A stretch of DNA of 40,021 nucleotides, taken from positions 1 through 40,021 of the forward strand of contig JAYZBV010000075.1 in the NCBI GenBank assembly GCA_036338595.1. The letters are read 5' to 3'. The notes under the pieces are model-generated. The model saw only the letters and a program-made list of their open reading frames with translations. It searched no databases and had not been told where the DNA came from. Source of the DNA: Planctomycetota bacterium. GTDB lineage: Bacteria > Planctomycetota > UBA8108 > UBA1146. Within the stretch, counting starts at the first letter, position 1; every line of letters begins with the position of its first letter. Shown here piece after piece: positions 1 through 8,576 of the stretch. Both the position numbers and the translations under genes were made by a program.

Positions 1-1
1 T

Positions 2-988
2 CGAGGGGCGTTGGTATTTTCGCGGGGTTCGCAGCAAGAAAACGCACCGGTCGCCACTACTGATGGGGATCTCGGGCACGCTGATCAGAGGTAGCTGCCT
101 TTCAGGAATCTTGCTGGTCGTTTCGATATCGGGGCGATGAATCGACCATTGCCACGCTTCCAGCGCTGGGTCATCGATGTCGATGGCGATGACCCTGTCA
201 CCGTTTCCGAGCAATGCCATCCGGTCGGCGATCAGCGGGAATAGATCGGAGAGCGGATGGCGCCGCGTCAACTGAACCCTACCGTTGCTTCTTCGCTTGC
301 GTTCGGGTCCGGTCCTGCGCATCGGGATCGCCAACGCTCCCTCGACAGAACCTCGCGCTGTTTGTTGCGGCTCCTCGGTGAGAGGGCCATCGCTTCGGTG
401 CCACGGCCCGTCAGGCAAATCCTGGCCACCGAGCCAGTCGAGCAGCTCAGGATCGATCCCGACGGTGATCCCCGGTCGCTCCAGCAGTGCCCATGCAGCC
501 GCTCGGTCGGCGCGCTCGAGCGCCTCGTGCAATGCGTTCCTGGCCTGGGGAAGCAGTGTCGGTTGCCACACCCATGGATGCACTCCATCGATGGGGATCG
601 GATCCAACCGATCCAGGGCGAGGTCGAGAAAATCATCGGGGAGCGACCCGGCGAAGCGCATCAACTGTCGATGAGCAGGCTCGATACGAACCGTTCCGCG
701 GCTGCCCACCGAGACTCCAGAGGGGGGCAGTACCAGCAGCCCATCGCGCGTCTCGAGCCACTGACGCAGCAACCTGGCTGCCGCTGAACTGTTCTGCCTG
801 GAGAGTTCGGCGATGGCGGCGAGGGAGTCGATGGCGCCGACGTGATGGGGAATGCGGCCTGGCCCCGCGGCTGGAGGACCGGGCAGTTCATATTCCTTGG
901 GATCTGCGCCGAAGAGGGTCAGCGACAGCAACAGTAGTGGGGCCAGGATCAGCAATGGTCGTCTCAAAATCGAACTCCGAACTTTCAC
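2..988 (-). CDS. Exported hypothetical protein, 5' part only (runs off the left edge); possible PQQ/BamB-like beta-propeller region
   Basis: Not in the ORF track because it has no stop in the window. Manual translation gives an open frame from GTG 988 (in-frame ATG at 1039) to the edge. It starts MKVRSSILRRPLLILAPLLLLSLTLFGADPKEY (signal-peptide-like). A later segment, LFPLIADRMALLGNGDRVIAIDIDDPALEAWQW, resembles a propeller blade. Divergent from tsaE. Confidence 0.7.
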   Translation of the reverse strand, partial: MKVRSSILRRPLLILAPLLLLSLTLFGADPKEYELPGPPAAGPGRIPHHVGAIDSLAAIAELSRQNSSAAARLLRQWLETRDGLLVLPPSGVSVGSRGTVRIEPAHRQLMRFAGSLPDDFLDLALDRLDPIPIDGVHPWVWQPTLLPQARNALHEALERADRAAAWALLERPGITVGIDPELLDWLGGQDLPDGPWHRSDGPLTEEPQQTARGSVEGALAIPMRRTGPERKRRSNGRVQLTRRHPLSDLFPLIADRMALLGNGDRVIAIDIDDPALEAWQWSIHRPDIETTSKIPERQLPLISVPEIPISSGDRCVFLLRTPRKYQRPS

Positions 989-1125
989 GAGGCACCCTGA
1001 TTTGGCCGATAGTGGCCAGACCAGCAGTGAGCACTCCATCTTCGCGTCCAGATGGCCCCTTCGCCAGCAGGGTTGTACCCCTTCCAGGTGCCCGATAGGC
1101 TCGCCTGTTCGGAAAGGCGAAGCGC

Positions 1126-1614
1126 GTGTCAGCACCCAGAACCACCTCTGCTACGCTGAAATTGGCCTCGATGGCCGAGACGGAAGCTCTGGGGGAGCGC
1201 ATCGGCGCCGCTGCGATGGCGGGTCTGGTGATCGGTCTGCGAGGCGAACTGGGCGCCGGAAAAACAGCACTGGTCCGTGGACTGGCCCGGGGAATGGGTG
1301 TCGAGGGAAGGGTTCGCAGTCCCACCTTCACCGTCGCTTCGTTGCATCCTGGAGCGCTGCCGTTGCTCCATGTCGATGCTTATCGTCTCGATGATCCGAA
1401 TGAGCTGGAACTGCACGGATGGCACGAGTGGCACCAGGGGGGGGTGATCGCGGTCGAATGGGCCGATCGTGTCGAGGCGATCCTGCCCGATCGGCGCCTT
1501 CGAATCGATCTGTCTCATGAAGCAGATGGAGTGCGGATGGGCCAGATCCAGGTCATCGGCAAGGACTCGGATGACCCGGTCCATCTGGCATTTCGCGCTG
1601 CGATCGTTTCTTGA
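1126..1614 (+). CDS. tsaE: tRNA threonylcarbamoyladenosine biosynthesis ATPase TsaE
   Basis: Motifs GELGAGKT, VRSPTFT, HVDAYRL and VEWAD; 162 aa. Confidence 0.95.
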   Translation: MSAPRTTSATLKLASMAETEALGERIGAAAMAGLVIGLRGELGAGKTALVRGLARGMGVEGRVRSPTFTVASLHPGALPLLHVDAYRLDDPNELELHGWHEWHQGGVIAVEWADRVEAILPDRRLRIDLSHEADGVRMGQIQVIGKDSDDPVHLAFRAAIVS

Positions 1615-1619
1615 AGAAC

Positions 1620-1647
1620 TTGAAAGCAAGCCCGTGGGCTTCACAAT
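1620..1647 (+). promoter_or_regulatory. Possible sigma70-type promoter with a palindrome in the spacer
   Basis: TTGAAA (1620-1625), 16 nt, CACAAT (1642-1647); the spacer contains AAGCCC-GT-GGGCTT (1628-1641). Confidence 0.3.
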
Positions 1648-1698
1648 CATTGTGCCCGGTTCCCGTTGGATCCATGACCCGGGCTGGATCGAGCCAAG

Positions 1699-1959
1699 AT
1701 GTCCAGAAACCGCCAGCGCGGAAACGACAGTGAGCCGACGCCTGAGTCCGATGAGGACGGTTGGCTCCTCGATGGGTTAGCCATCCGGCCGCCCCTGGAG
1801 GAGTTTCGTCGCCTCTTCGAGATGAAGAAGCGCGCCTTCGAGGGCAAGGTGGATGCCGAAAGCCTGCGCAAGTATGAGATGGCTCGTCGTCTCGGCGAGC
1901 AGTTCATCTCCGATGAAAGCTACGATCAGGGCAGCCAGCAAGGGGGGGACCCTTGCTGA
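1699..1959 (+). CDS. Small charged hypothetical protein (86 aa)
   Basis: ATG ORF filling the gap between tsaE and the SMC-like gene and overlapping its TTG start; helical, E/K/R-rich core. Confidence 0.7.
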   Translation: MSRNRQRGNDSEPTPESDEDGWLLDGLAIRPPLEEFRRLFEMKKRAFEGKVDAESLRKYEMARRLGEQFISDESYDQGSQQGGDPC

Positions 1960-4637
1960 TACGTAGCCTTCGCGCCGAGGGGTTTCTGAAGTTCAGGAAA
2001 CTCCGTATCGAGAACTTTCCGCGAAGGGCGCTGATCGGGATCGTCGGCCCCAATGAGAGTGGCAAGTCGAGTATCGGACAGTTGTTCCAGTTCGCCCTGT
2101 TCGGCTCCACCCAGCACATGGTTCGTGGCTCCATCACCGATCTGATCCACTGGGACGATGACCATTGCGTGGTGGAACTCGATTTCGAACATGCCGGTGA
2201 AGGGTATCGAATCTGGCGCGAGATGGACCGGTTCGGTACCGCCTTCGCGCGGCTGGTTCGAATCGAGAAATCAGGAGGACCACCCGGAGAGGAGATCGCA
2301 TCCGGGGCCTTGCAGGTGCAACGCGAGGTTCAGAGGCGCTTTCACCTGGGCGCCAGCGAAACGATGCATTCCTTCTATCTCGCTGAACGGGAGTCGGTGA
2401 CCACTCCGGAACAGTTCCGCACTTTCCTCGACAGGGTTGCGGGAATCGATGTGTTGCAAGGGGCGAGACGAACAGCGAGTCAGGCTCTCGATGCTCTGGA
2501 GATCGATTTCACCGGGGTACAGGAGGAGATTCAGCGAAACGACATGCACATCTCTCGGCTTCAACCCAATATCGATAAGATTCCGGACCTCGAGGAAGAA
2601 CTGAAAAACCGGGACGACAAGGTCGATGAGGCGAGGTCTCGTGGTAGCCAGATGCAGCGCCAGGTGGAACTCGAGCAGAAGAAGCGCGACGAGGTACAAA
2701 AGTTCCAGCAGGAACTGCGGTCGATCGATTCCAGTGACGCTGCCGAAACGATGCGCACATGCGATGGACTGATTGGACTTCTCCAGGCGGATCTGAGCCC
2801 GGAGCCACTGCGTGATCAGGCTTCCATCACCACGCCCATTCGAGACGGTCTCGCTCAGGTCTCACAGGCGTGCAAGATCCGTCTCTCTCTCGAGGAAGTC
2901 ACGCAGGAGGCGAAGGATCAGTTGAAGCGGCGCATCGAGAGCGAAGACGATGGCTCGATTCAATCGGAAGTAGGAGAACAGGAACGAATCCTCAACATCG
3001 CCACGGCTTCCCGGTTGCGAAATCGTGCGGGGGCACTGGTGATCTTCCTGGTCGGGCTCCTGGGAATGGTGCTGGGAATCGATCATGAACAGGGGTGGGG
3101 ATTTGGAGCGCAAATTCCACTTCTTGCACAGATCTCTCAGGAGCCGGGAACGGGGTACCTGGTTGCAGCCTGCGGAGCAGCGTTGTTCGGACTCGGATGC
3201 TGGCTCTCGTCGCGAGCCTCTCACTGTCGTCAACAGATCTTCGATGCGGAGGGAACCCTGTCGAGATTGCAGATGGAGAAGGATGTCGGGACCAGTTCAC
3301 TGGAGGCGGCGATCGCTCACCTGTCTCGCTCCTCGGGGGGGCTGGATCCTGGTGACGACATCGGAGAATGTCGAGTTCGTGGTGTTCAGGAAAAACTGGA
3401 GTTGCTGCGGAATGCACGCCGTGAGATTCACACGAAATTGGGCGACAAGCCCGGCGAGTTTCTGTCTCAGAAGTTGAAGAGTCCACTCGACCGTGTTCGA
3501 CAGACGATGAAGGAACGGCGCAAATCGCTCGATGAGGCCAACGATTCGGTCAAGCGACTTCGCTCCAAGCGGGACCGAATCCAGTCAGAGATTCGTGAGT
3601 ACCAGAATCAGGAGGGCCGTCGCCGTGCCCTCGAAGAAGTTTCCGATGGCCGACGAAAGAAGTCCCTGGCGATCCGTGACGAGATGGATGTTCACCGGCT
3701 ACTACTGGAACTGCTCGATGAAACCATCGAGTCGGTTCGAATGCGTGCTGGCCCCAGCCTCGGAAAAGGGCTCTGTCGCCTGCTTCCGCATCTGACCGGT
3801 GGCCGTTATCGAGATGCGCAGGTGACCCCGGACTTCGAGATTCGACTCTTCACGGGAGAGAAGAGTGATTTTCTCCAGACGCATGAGTTGTCGGGTGGAA
3901 CCTTGCAGGGATTGTCCTTCGGTTTTCGCCTCGCCTTCGCTCAGGCCTTTGTCAGGGCGGTGACGGGAGCTCCCCAGTTCCTGTTCCTCGACGAACCCTT
4001 CCCTGCCATGGATCGAGAGAGGGTATTGCGCACACTGCAATCGCTGCCTCGGTTGAGCGAGGAACTTTCCCAGGTGATCGTTGCGCATCCAGACCTCGAC
4101 CCCGCTGCTCGCATGAGTTTTGATCTCTTGATCGAGACCGATCAGGGCGTGGATCGACTCGAGATCGACCTCGAGGATATGTCGTTGCCAGAGGTCTCGG
4201 CTCCGAGTCGGGAGCCTTCTCAGGTGTTGCCTTCTTCGCCTCGAAGGTCCCCGAAAAAAGACAAGCCTGCTCCGGCTCCACGCCGTCCGCGACGACAGGA
4301 AGCCAGCAGGTCCGCATCGCCCGAGGGGCGCAGATCACAGGCTCCACCAGCACGTAAGCCGGTGCCGCCGGTCAAGAGAAAGCCGCCGAGTCCGCCCCCA
4401 CGGGAAGCGCCGCCCCCACGGGAAGCGCCGCCCCCACCAGAAGCGCAGCAACCACTAGCAGCGCCGCCACCACCAGCAGCGCCGCCAGAGGTGAAGAAGG
4501 AGTCCAGACCCAGCCCACCGGCGGTCAAGGAGCGTCCGGCAAAGAGGGATCGATCTGAAACACCAGCACCCAGGACCGAGAAGAAGTCCTCCGAGACCCA
4601 ATTCGATCCGGATGACTGGACGATTCCGGAAGCATGA
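1953..4637 (+). CDS. Rad50/SbcC/SMC-like coiled-coil ABC ATPase with an internal transmembrane hairpin and a Pro-rich C-terminal tail
   Basis: Walker A GPNESGKSS near the N-terminus; long coiled coils; signature ELSGG, Walker B FLFLDEPF and H-loop IVAHP near the C-terminus; two hydrophobic segments mid-protein; about 150 aa of P/R/E/K low-complexity tail. Confidence 0.9.
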   Translation: MLIRSLRAEGFLKFRKLRIENFPRRALIGIVGPNESGKSSIGQLFQFALFGSTQHMVRGSITDLIHWDDDHCVVELDFEHAGEGYRIWREMDRFGTAFARLVRIEKSGGPPGEEIASGALQVQREVQRRFHLGASETMHSFYLAERESVTTPEQFRTFLDRVAGIDVLQGARRTASQALDALEIDFTGVQEEIQRNDMHISRLQPNIDKIPDLEEELKNRDDKVDEARSRGSQMQRQVELEQKKRDEVQKFQQELRSIDSSDAAETMRTCDGLIGLLQADLSPEPLRDQASITTPIRDGLAQVSQACKIRLSLEEVTQEAKDQLKRRIESEDDGSIQSEVGEQERILNIATASRLRNRAGALVIFLVGLLGMVLGIDHEQGWGFGAQIPLLAQISQEPGTGYLVAACGAALFGLGCWLSSRASHCRQQIFDAEGTLSRLQMEKDVGTSSLEAAIAHLSRSSGGLDPGDDIGECRVRGVQEKLELLRNARREIHTKLGDKPGEFLSQKLKSPLDRVRQTMKERRKSLDEANDSVKRLRSKRDRIQSEIREYQNQEGRRRALEEVSDGRRKKSLAIRDEMDVHRLLLELLDETIESVRMRAGPSLGKGLCRLLPHLTGGRYRDAQVTPDFEIRLFTGEKSDFLQTHELSGGTLQGLSFGFRLAFAQAFVRAVTGAPQFLFLDEPFPAMDRERVLRTLQSLPRLSEELSQVIVAHPDLDPAARMSFDLLIETDQGVDRLEIDLEDMSLPEVSAPSREPSQVLPSSPRRSPKKDKPAPAPRRPRRQEASRSASPEGRRSQAPPARKPVPPVKRKPPSPPPREAPPPREAPPPPEAQQPLAAPPPPAAPPEVKKESRPSPPAVKERPAKRDRSETPAPRTEKKSSETQFDPDDWTIPEA
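4392..4445 (+). repeat. In-frame 18-bp tandem repeat x3 (PPPREA, PPPREA, PPPPEA)
   Basis: CCGCCCCCACGGGAAGCG twice, then CCGCCCCCACCAGAAGCG. Confidence 0.9.
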
Positions 4638-5401
4638 GCCAGCCAGGCACGGATGATATGAGGAGCGTTTCACCATCGAAACGGTGCATCATAGCTGCCG
4701 ACCTGCATTGCGATGGATCTGCTCGCCGTCTCGCAATGCTCGAGGCATTGCTTCGCAGTTGCCAGGAGAATGATGCCGACTGCTATCTGCTCGGCGATCT
4801 GTTCGATGTCTGGCTCGGACCCGGCCAGCTTTCCTTGCCCCGGACTCGCCGCGAGGTCGAGGCGTTACGTCACGCCTGCGACTCAGAAATCGATGTCGTG
4901 GTGATTCCTGGCAATCGAGATTTCCTTCTCGATTCCAGTTTCGAAGAGGCTACAGGTGTGGCTGTCGGCGGAGACCATCTGTTGCTGGAGACAGGCGGCC
5001 AGAGGTGGCATCTTTCTCATGGCGATCTATTCGGCACGGCCGACCGCGGATACCAGCGATTGCGTGCGGTTCTTCGGAGTGGTTTGTTTCGGTTCGTGGT
5101 CAGGCACCTACCACTGTTTCTATGCAAGGGGTTGGCCCGTTTTCTGCGGCGCGGTTCAAGACGATCTCTCGCAAAGAAGGCACAGGTTCTGATGGAGCCG
5201 GACCGAACAGTTGTCGGAGAGTTACTGAAGGACGGCTTCGATCGAGTCGTTTGCGGACATTATCACAGAGCCTTCGAGGAAAAACTGGATCAGCCGGGGG
5301 GAACCGGTTCCTTCACAATTCTGGAAGCATTTGAGGACCGAGGTGCTCACCTCTTCATCGAGGACGGTGAGATGGAAGTGCGATACCTGGAGCAGACATG
5401 A
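4634..5401 (+). CDS. lpxH: UDP-2,3-diacylglucosamine diphosphatase LpxH-like metallophosphoesterase
   Basis: Calcineurin-like motifs ADLH, LGDLFDVWLG, PGNRDFL (the LpxH-type Arg), HGDLF..D.GYQRLR and CGHYH; ATGA overlaps on both sides. Confidence 0.8.
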   Translation: MSQPGTDDMRSVSPSKRCIIAADLHCDGSARRLAMLEALLRSCQENDADCYLLGDLFDVWLGPGQLSLPRTRREVEALRHACDSEIDVVVIPGNRDFLLDSSFEEATGVAVGGDHLLLETGGQRWHLSHGDLFGTADRGYQRLRAVLRSGLFRFVVRHLPLFLCKGLARFLRRGSRRSLAKKAQVLMEPDRTVVGELLKDGFDRVVCGHYHRAFEEKLDQPGGTGSFTILEAFEDRGAHLFIEDGEMEVRYLEQT

Positions 5402-6381
5402 CAATGATTGCTGCGCCGCCACTGGCGGTGGTCATCGCAGGGCCAACCTGCGGTGGAAAGTCCCAATTGGCGACCAGGATTGCCGAGCAGATGGGCTGGC
5501 CAATCCAGGTGATGGATTCGATGAAGGTCTATCGCAAGATGAACATAGGGACCGCCAAGCCCGCACCTGAACTGAGGCGAGGAAATCCCTTCTCATTGGT
5601 CGATCTCGTCGATCCATGGCAGGAGTTCACGGTCGTCGACTGGCTCGCAGCGCTCGCCGAGGCGACATCTTCCCGGCAGCCCTGGCTCCTGTGTGGGGGC
5701 ACCAGTTTCTACCTTCATGCGCTACTGGAGGGGATCTTTGCCGGACCCGGTGCCGATCCTCTTATTCGTCAGCGCCTCTCTGCGCTCGCCAGCGAGTTGC
5801 CGGAGGGTGCACTTCATCGGCGACTTGCAACGGTCGATCAAAAAGCAGCAGCGGAAATCCATCCAAATAACACCAAGCGCATCATCAGGGCACTTGAGGT
5901 CTTCGAGATCAGTGGCGAGCCCATCACGCTCTGGCATCGAAGGAGGGTTCCGATTCTCGATCCCAGGCGAACCGTGTTACTCGGTGTTTTTCGACCGCGC
6001 GATGAGATGCACCAGAGAATCGAGCACAGGGTACTGCGAATGTTCGAGGCGGGTTGGGTGGATGAAGTGAAGCAACTTCTTGCGGATCATGATCCTCCCT
6101 GGAGTGTCACGGCCAGACAGTCCATCGGCTACCAGCAGATTGCACAGGCGCTGGTGGACGGTACCGATCCCGCCGATCAGATCGAGACGATCCAGGCTCG
6201 AACTCGTGCACTGGTTCGCTCTCAACTGGCATGGGCGCGCAAACTACCGATCGAGTGGTACTCGCCCGACCAGCAGCAGCTTGCACTCGATCGAGTTCGG
6301 AAGGCGCATGAAGCTGTCATCGCTGGAGATGCGATTGCAGAAGCAGACGATTCGAGACTGGCACTTCAGCAGAAACTCTGA
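5398..6381 (+). CDS. miaA: tRNA dimethylallyltransferase MiaA
   Basis: Motifs GPTCGGKS, DSMKVYRKMNIGTAKP, IHPNNTKRIIRALEV and QSIGYQQ. Confidence 0.95.
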   Translation: MTMIAAPPLAVVIAGPTCGGKSQLATRIAEQMGWPIQVMDSMKVYRKMNIGTAKPAPELRRGNPFSLVDLVDPWQEFTVVDWLAALAEATSSRQPWLLCGGTSFYLHALLEGIFAGPGADPLIRQRLSALASELPEGALHRRLATVDQKAAAEIHPNNTKRIIRALEVFEISGEPITLWHRRRVPILDPRRTVLLGVFRPRDEMHQRIEHRVLRMFEAGWVDEVKQLLADHDPPWSVTARQSIGYQQIAQALVDGTDPADQIETIQARTRALVRSQLAWARKLPIEWYSPDQQQLALDRVRKAHEAVIAGDAIAEADDSRLALQQKL

Positions 6382-6422
6382 CCACGGACGATCCTCGTAC
6401 AAACCAGAATTGATAAGGATGC

Positions 6423-6457
6423 AAAACAGGTCCGACCGCCGTTGGCAGCCGGACCTG
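6423..6457 (-). terminator. Probable intrinsic terminator between the convergent miaA and small lipoprotein genes
   Basis: CAGGTCCG (6427-6434) / CGGACCTG (6450-6457) inverted repeat with AAAA at 6423-6426, a U-tract on the minus strand. Confidence 0.5.
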
Positions 6458-6505
6458 GTTGGACCATCCCCTTGTTACGAGGCCCGACCGATGAAGTGGT
6501 CGAGA

Positions 6506-6733
6506 CTAGTACTGCTCGATGGGACGATCGTCGAGATCCCAGACGATGCGATCGATGTCAGTGCGAGCCGCCCGAAGATCATCGCCCATCTGACGGAAGA
6601 CGCGCTTCCAGTAGAGGCTCGATGCAACGGTGCTCTTTGGTCCAGTGGCACAGCCAGACATCGCAAGTGCCAGACTCAGACAAAGAAGCATGGCAAATGT
6701 ACGGATGGCTCGACGTTTGGAGTTTGGACTCAT
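6506..6733 (-). CDS. Small predicted lipoprotein (75 aa)
   Basis: MSPNSKRRAIRTFAMLLCLSLALAMSG-C: basic n-region, hydrophobic core, lipobox-like cysteine; short amphipathic mature part. Confidence 0.7.
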   Translation of the reverse strand: MSPNSKRRAIRTFAMLLCLSLALAMSGCATGPKSTVASSLYWKRVFRQMGDDLRAARTDIDRIVWDLDDRPIEQY

Positions 6734-6900
6734 GGTCCCTCCCACTTTCTCTCTGGTTGCCGGAGGCAGGATCTGCTCAAGGATCCTGGCTGCAGCGGGT
6801 TTTCCTTCCGAGGCTCCTCTGGCACCCATTCAGGCGTCAGGAGGAAGGAAGAAGGGTAAATCCCTGCAGCGCACAAGTCAACGAACCCGCTCAGGTCTCT

Positions 6901-6929
6901 TTGACCGCTGAGCCGGTGCGGGCTAGGAT
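6901..6929 (+). promoter_or_regulatory. sigma70-type promoter for lysS
   Basis: TTGACC (6901-6906), 17 nt, TAGGAT (6924-6929), followed by a GC-rich discriminator CCCGG. Confidence 0.65.
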
Positions 6930-7035
6930 CCCGGCGAGCCTGGCAGTCGGCGCCCCCCTTCCGGTGGCACCGACTCAAGGATACGAGTACGCAGAAGCAC
7001 AGCAACGGCTTGCCTGCGCCGGAGTGGGGGGAATC

Positions 7036-8565
7036 GTGGCCGAGGACCGGATCCGCGAGATCAAGATCGAGAAGATCCAGAAATTGCGTGACCAGGGCCT
7101 CCAGCCCTATCCGGAGCGCTGGCAGCGTACGCACACGCCGGGCCAGGCTTCACAGCTGGAAGCGGGAGTCGGCGGTGTTCGAGTTTGTGGGCGGATCGTC
7201 AGCCGTCGCGACTTCGGTAAGTTGACCTTCTTCGACCTGCAGGATGTCGGTGGGCGCATGCAATGCTCGCTGCAGCGGGATGATCTGGGCAAGGAATCCT
7301 ACACCGATTTCATCAAGCTGGTCGATGTCGGCGATTTCGTCGGGATCGAGGGCGAGACCTATCACACCAAGATCGGTCAGCTGACGGTACGTGGATCGAG
7401 CTGGCAAATTCTGGGCAAGATGTTGCGCCCCATGCCGGAGAAGTTTCATGCCATCTCCGATCGGGAAATTCGATATCGACGAAGATATCTCGATCTGATT
7501 TCCGATGCCGACTCGCGCGCACGATTTAAACTGCGCCACGATTTCATACGCGCTCTGCGTAAGGGACTGGACGAGGCGGGATTTGACGAGGTCGAGACTC
7601 CGGTGCTGCAGACCAAGCCATCGGGCGCGCTCGCAAGACCCTTCGAGACGCATCATGCTGCACTCGATATGCCGGTCTATCTCAGGATCGCTCCAGAAAC
7701 CTATCTCAAGCGCTGTGTTGTGGCAGGATTCGACCGTGTCTACGAGTTTGCTCGCGTCTTCCGCAACGAGGGTATGGATCCTTCACATCTGCAGGACTTC
7801 ACGATGCTCGAGTATTACGCGTCGTACTGGAACTACATCGACAACATGGACTTCACCGAGAGATTGCTGCGCCAGGCGATAGAAGCATCGACCGGCTCCT
7901 TGCAGGTGACTCATGCAGCAGGCGAGATCGATTTCTCGGGGGAGTGGCCTCGTCGACCCTTGCTCGAGCTCATCGAGGAACACTCCGGAATCGATGTCAG
8001 TGCTTGTCCCGATGCAGATTCACTCCGCAGCGCCCTCGACGGCGCCGGGATCACCATCGATGGCGCGGAGAAGTTTGGCCGGGGAGCGCTCATCGACCAG
8101 TTGTACAAGAAGACGGTTCGCCCCCGCATCACATCGCCCACCTTTGTCACCTCTCACCCGGTCGATCTGTCACCCCTGGCGCGTCGAAACGATGATGAAT
8201 CAAACATCTCGGATCGTTTTCAACTGGTGATCCATGGTTGGGAAGTGATCAACGCCTATTCAGAACTGGTCGACCCACTCGATCAGCGCGGTCGTCTTGA
8301 AGAGCAGGCTGCATTGAATGCCGAAGGTGACAGCGAGGCGATGGTGATGGATGAGGATTACCTGCTGGCGATGGAGCATGGCATGCCACCCATCTCTGGC
8401 TGGGGGATGGGGATCGATCGGATGGTGGCACTCCTGTGTGGTGCCGAGAACCTTCGCGATGTGGTGTTGTTTCCCCTGATGAAACCAGAAGTGGGCAGTG
8501 CCATCGAGGACGCCATCCTGGAAGCGGGTGAAGAGGCTCCCGCCATCGAGGGCGCTGACGCCTGA
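7036..8565 (+). CDS. lysS: Lysine--tRNA ligase, class II (509 aa)
   Basis: OB-fold GRIVSRRDFGKLTFFDL; RYRRRYLDL; EVETPVLQ; YLRIAPETYLKR; FRNEG; GMPPISGWGMGIDR. Start moved from 6442 to GTG 7036, behind a G-rich Shine-Dalgarno. Confidence 0.97.
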   Translation: MAEDRIREIKIEKIQKLRDQGLQPYPERWQRTHTPGQASQLEAGVGGVRVCGRIVSRRDFGKLTFFDLQDVGGRMQCSLQRDDLGKESYTDFIKLVDVGDFVGIEGETYHTKIGQLTVRGSSWQILGKMLRPMPEKFHAISDREIRYRRRYLDLISDADSRARFKLRHDFIRALRKGLDEAGFDEVETPVLQTKPSGALARPFETHHAALDMPVYLRIAPETYLKRCVVAGFDRVYEFARVFRNEGMDPSHLQDFTMLEYYASYWNYIDNMDFTERLLRQAIEASTGSLQVTHAAGEIDFSGEWPRRPLLELIEEHSGIDVSACPDADSLRSALDGAGITIDGAEKFGRGALIDQLYKKTVRPRITSPTFVTSHPVDLSPLARRNDDESNISDRFQLVIHGWEVINAYSELVDPLDQRGRLEEQAALNAEGDSEAMVMDEDYLLAMEHGMPPISGWGMGIDRMVALLCGAENLRDVVLFPLMKPEVGSAIEDAILEAGEEAPAIEGADA

Positions 8566-8576
8566 GAGTTACACCT

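Noticed and set aside
1953..5401. Canonical SbcCD, or a Wadjet/Lamassu-type defence system
   Set aside because: The phosphoesterase carries LpxH motifs, the ATPase has TM helices and no hook, no kleisin/KITE or effector gene is present, and the context is housekeeping
6963..6975. Canonical T-box riboswitch, or a tracrRNA-like GGCACCGA hairpin
   Set aside because: No Stem I or specifier loop is recognisable and no Cas9 or array is present; kept only as a non-canonical leader candidate
6442..7035. Apparent 198-aa N-terminal extension of LysS
   Set aside because: It overlaps a minus-strand lipoprotein gene and a clear promoter; LysS similarity and an SD begin at GTG 7036
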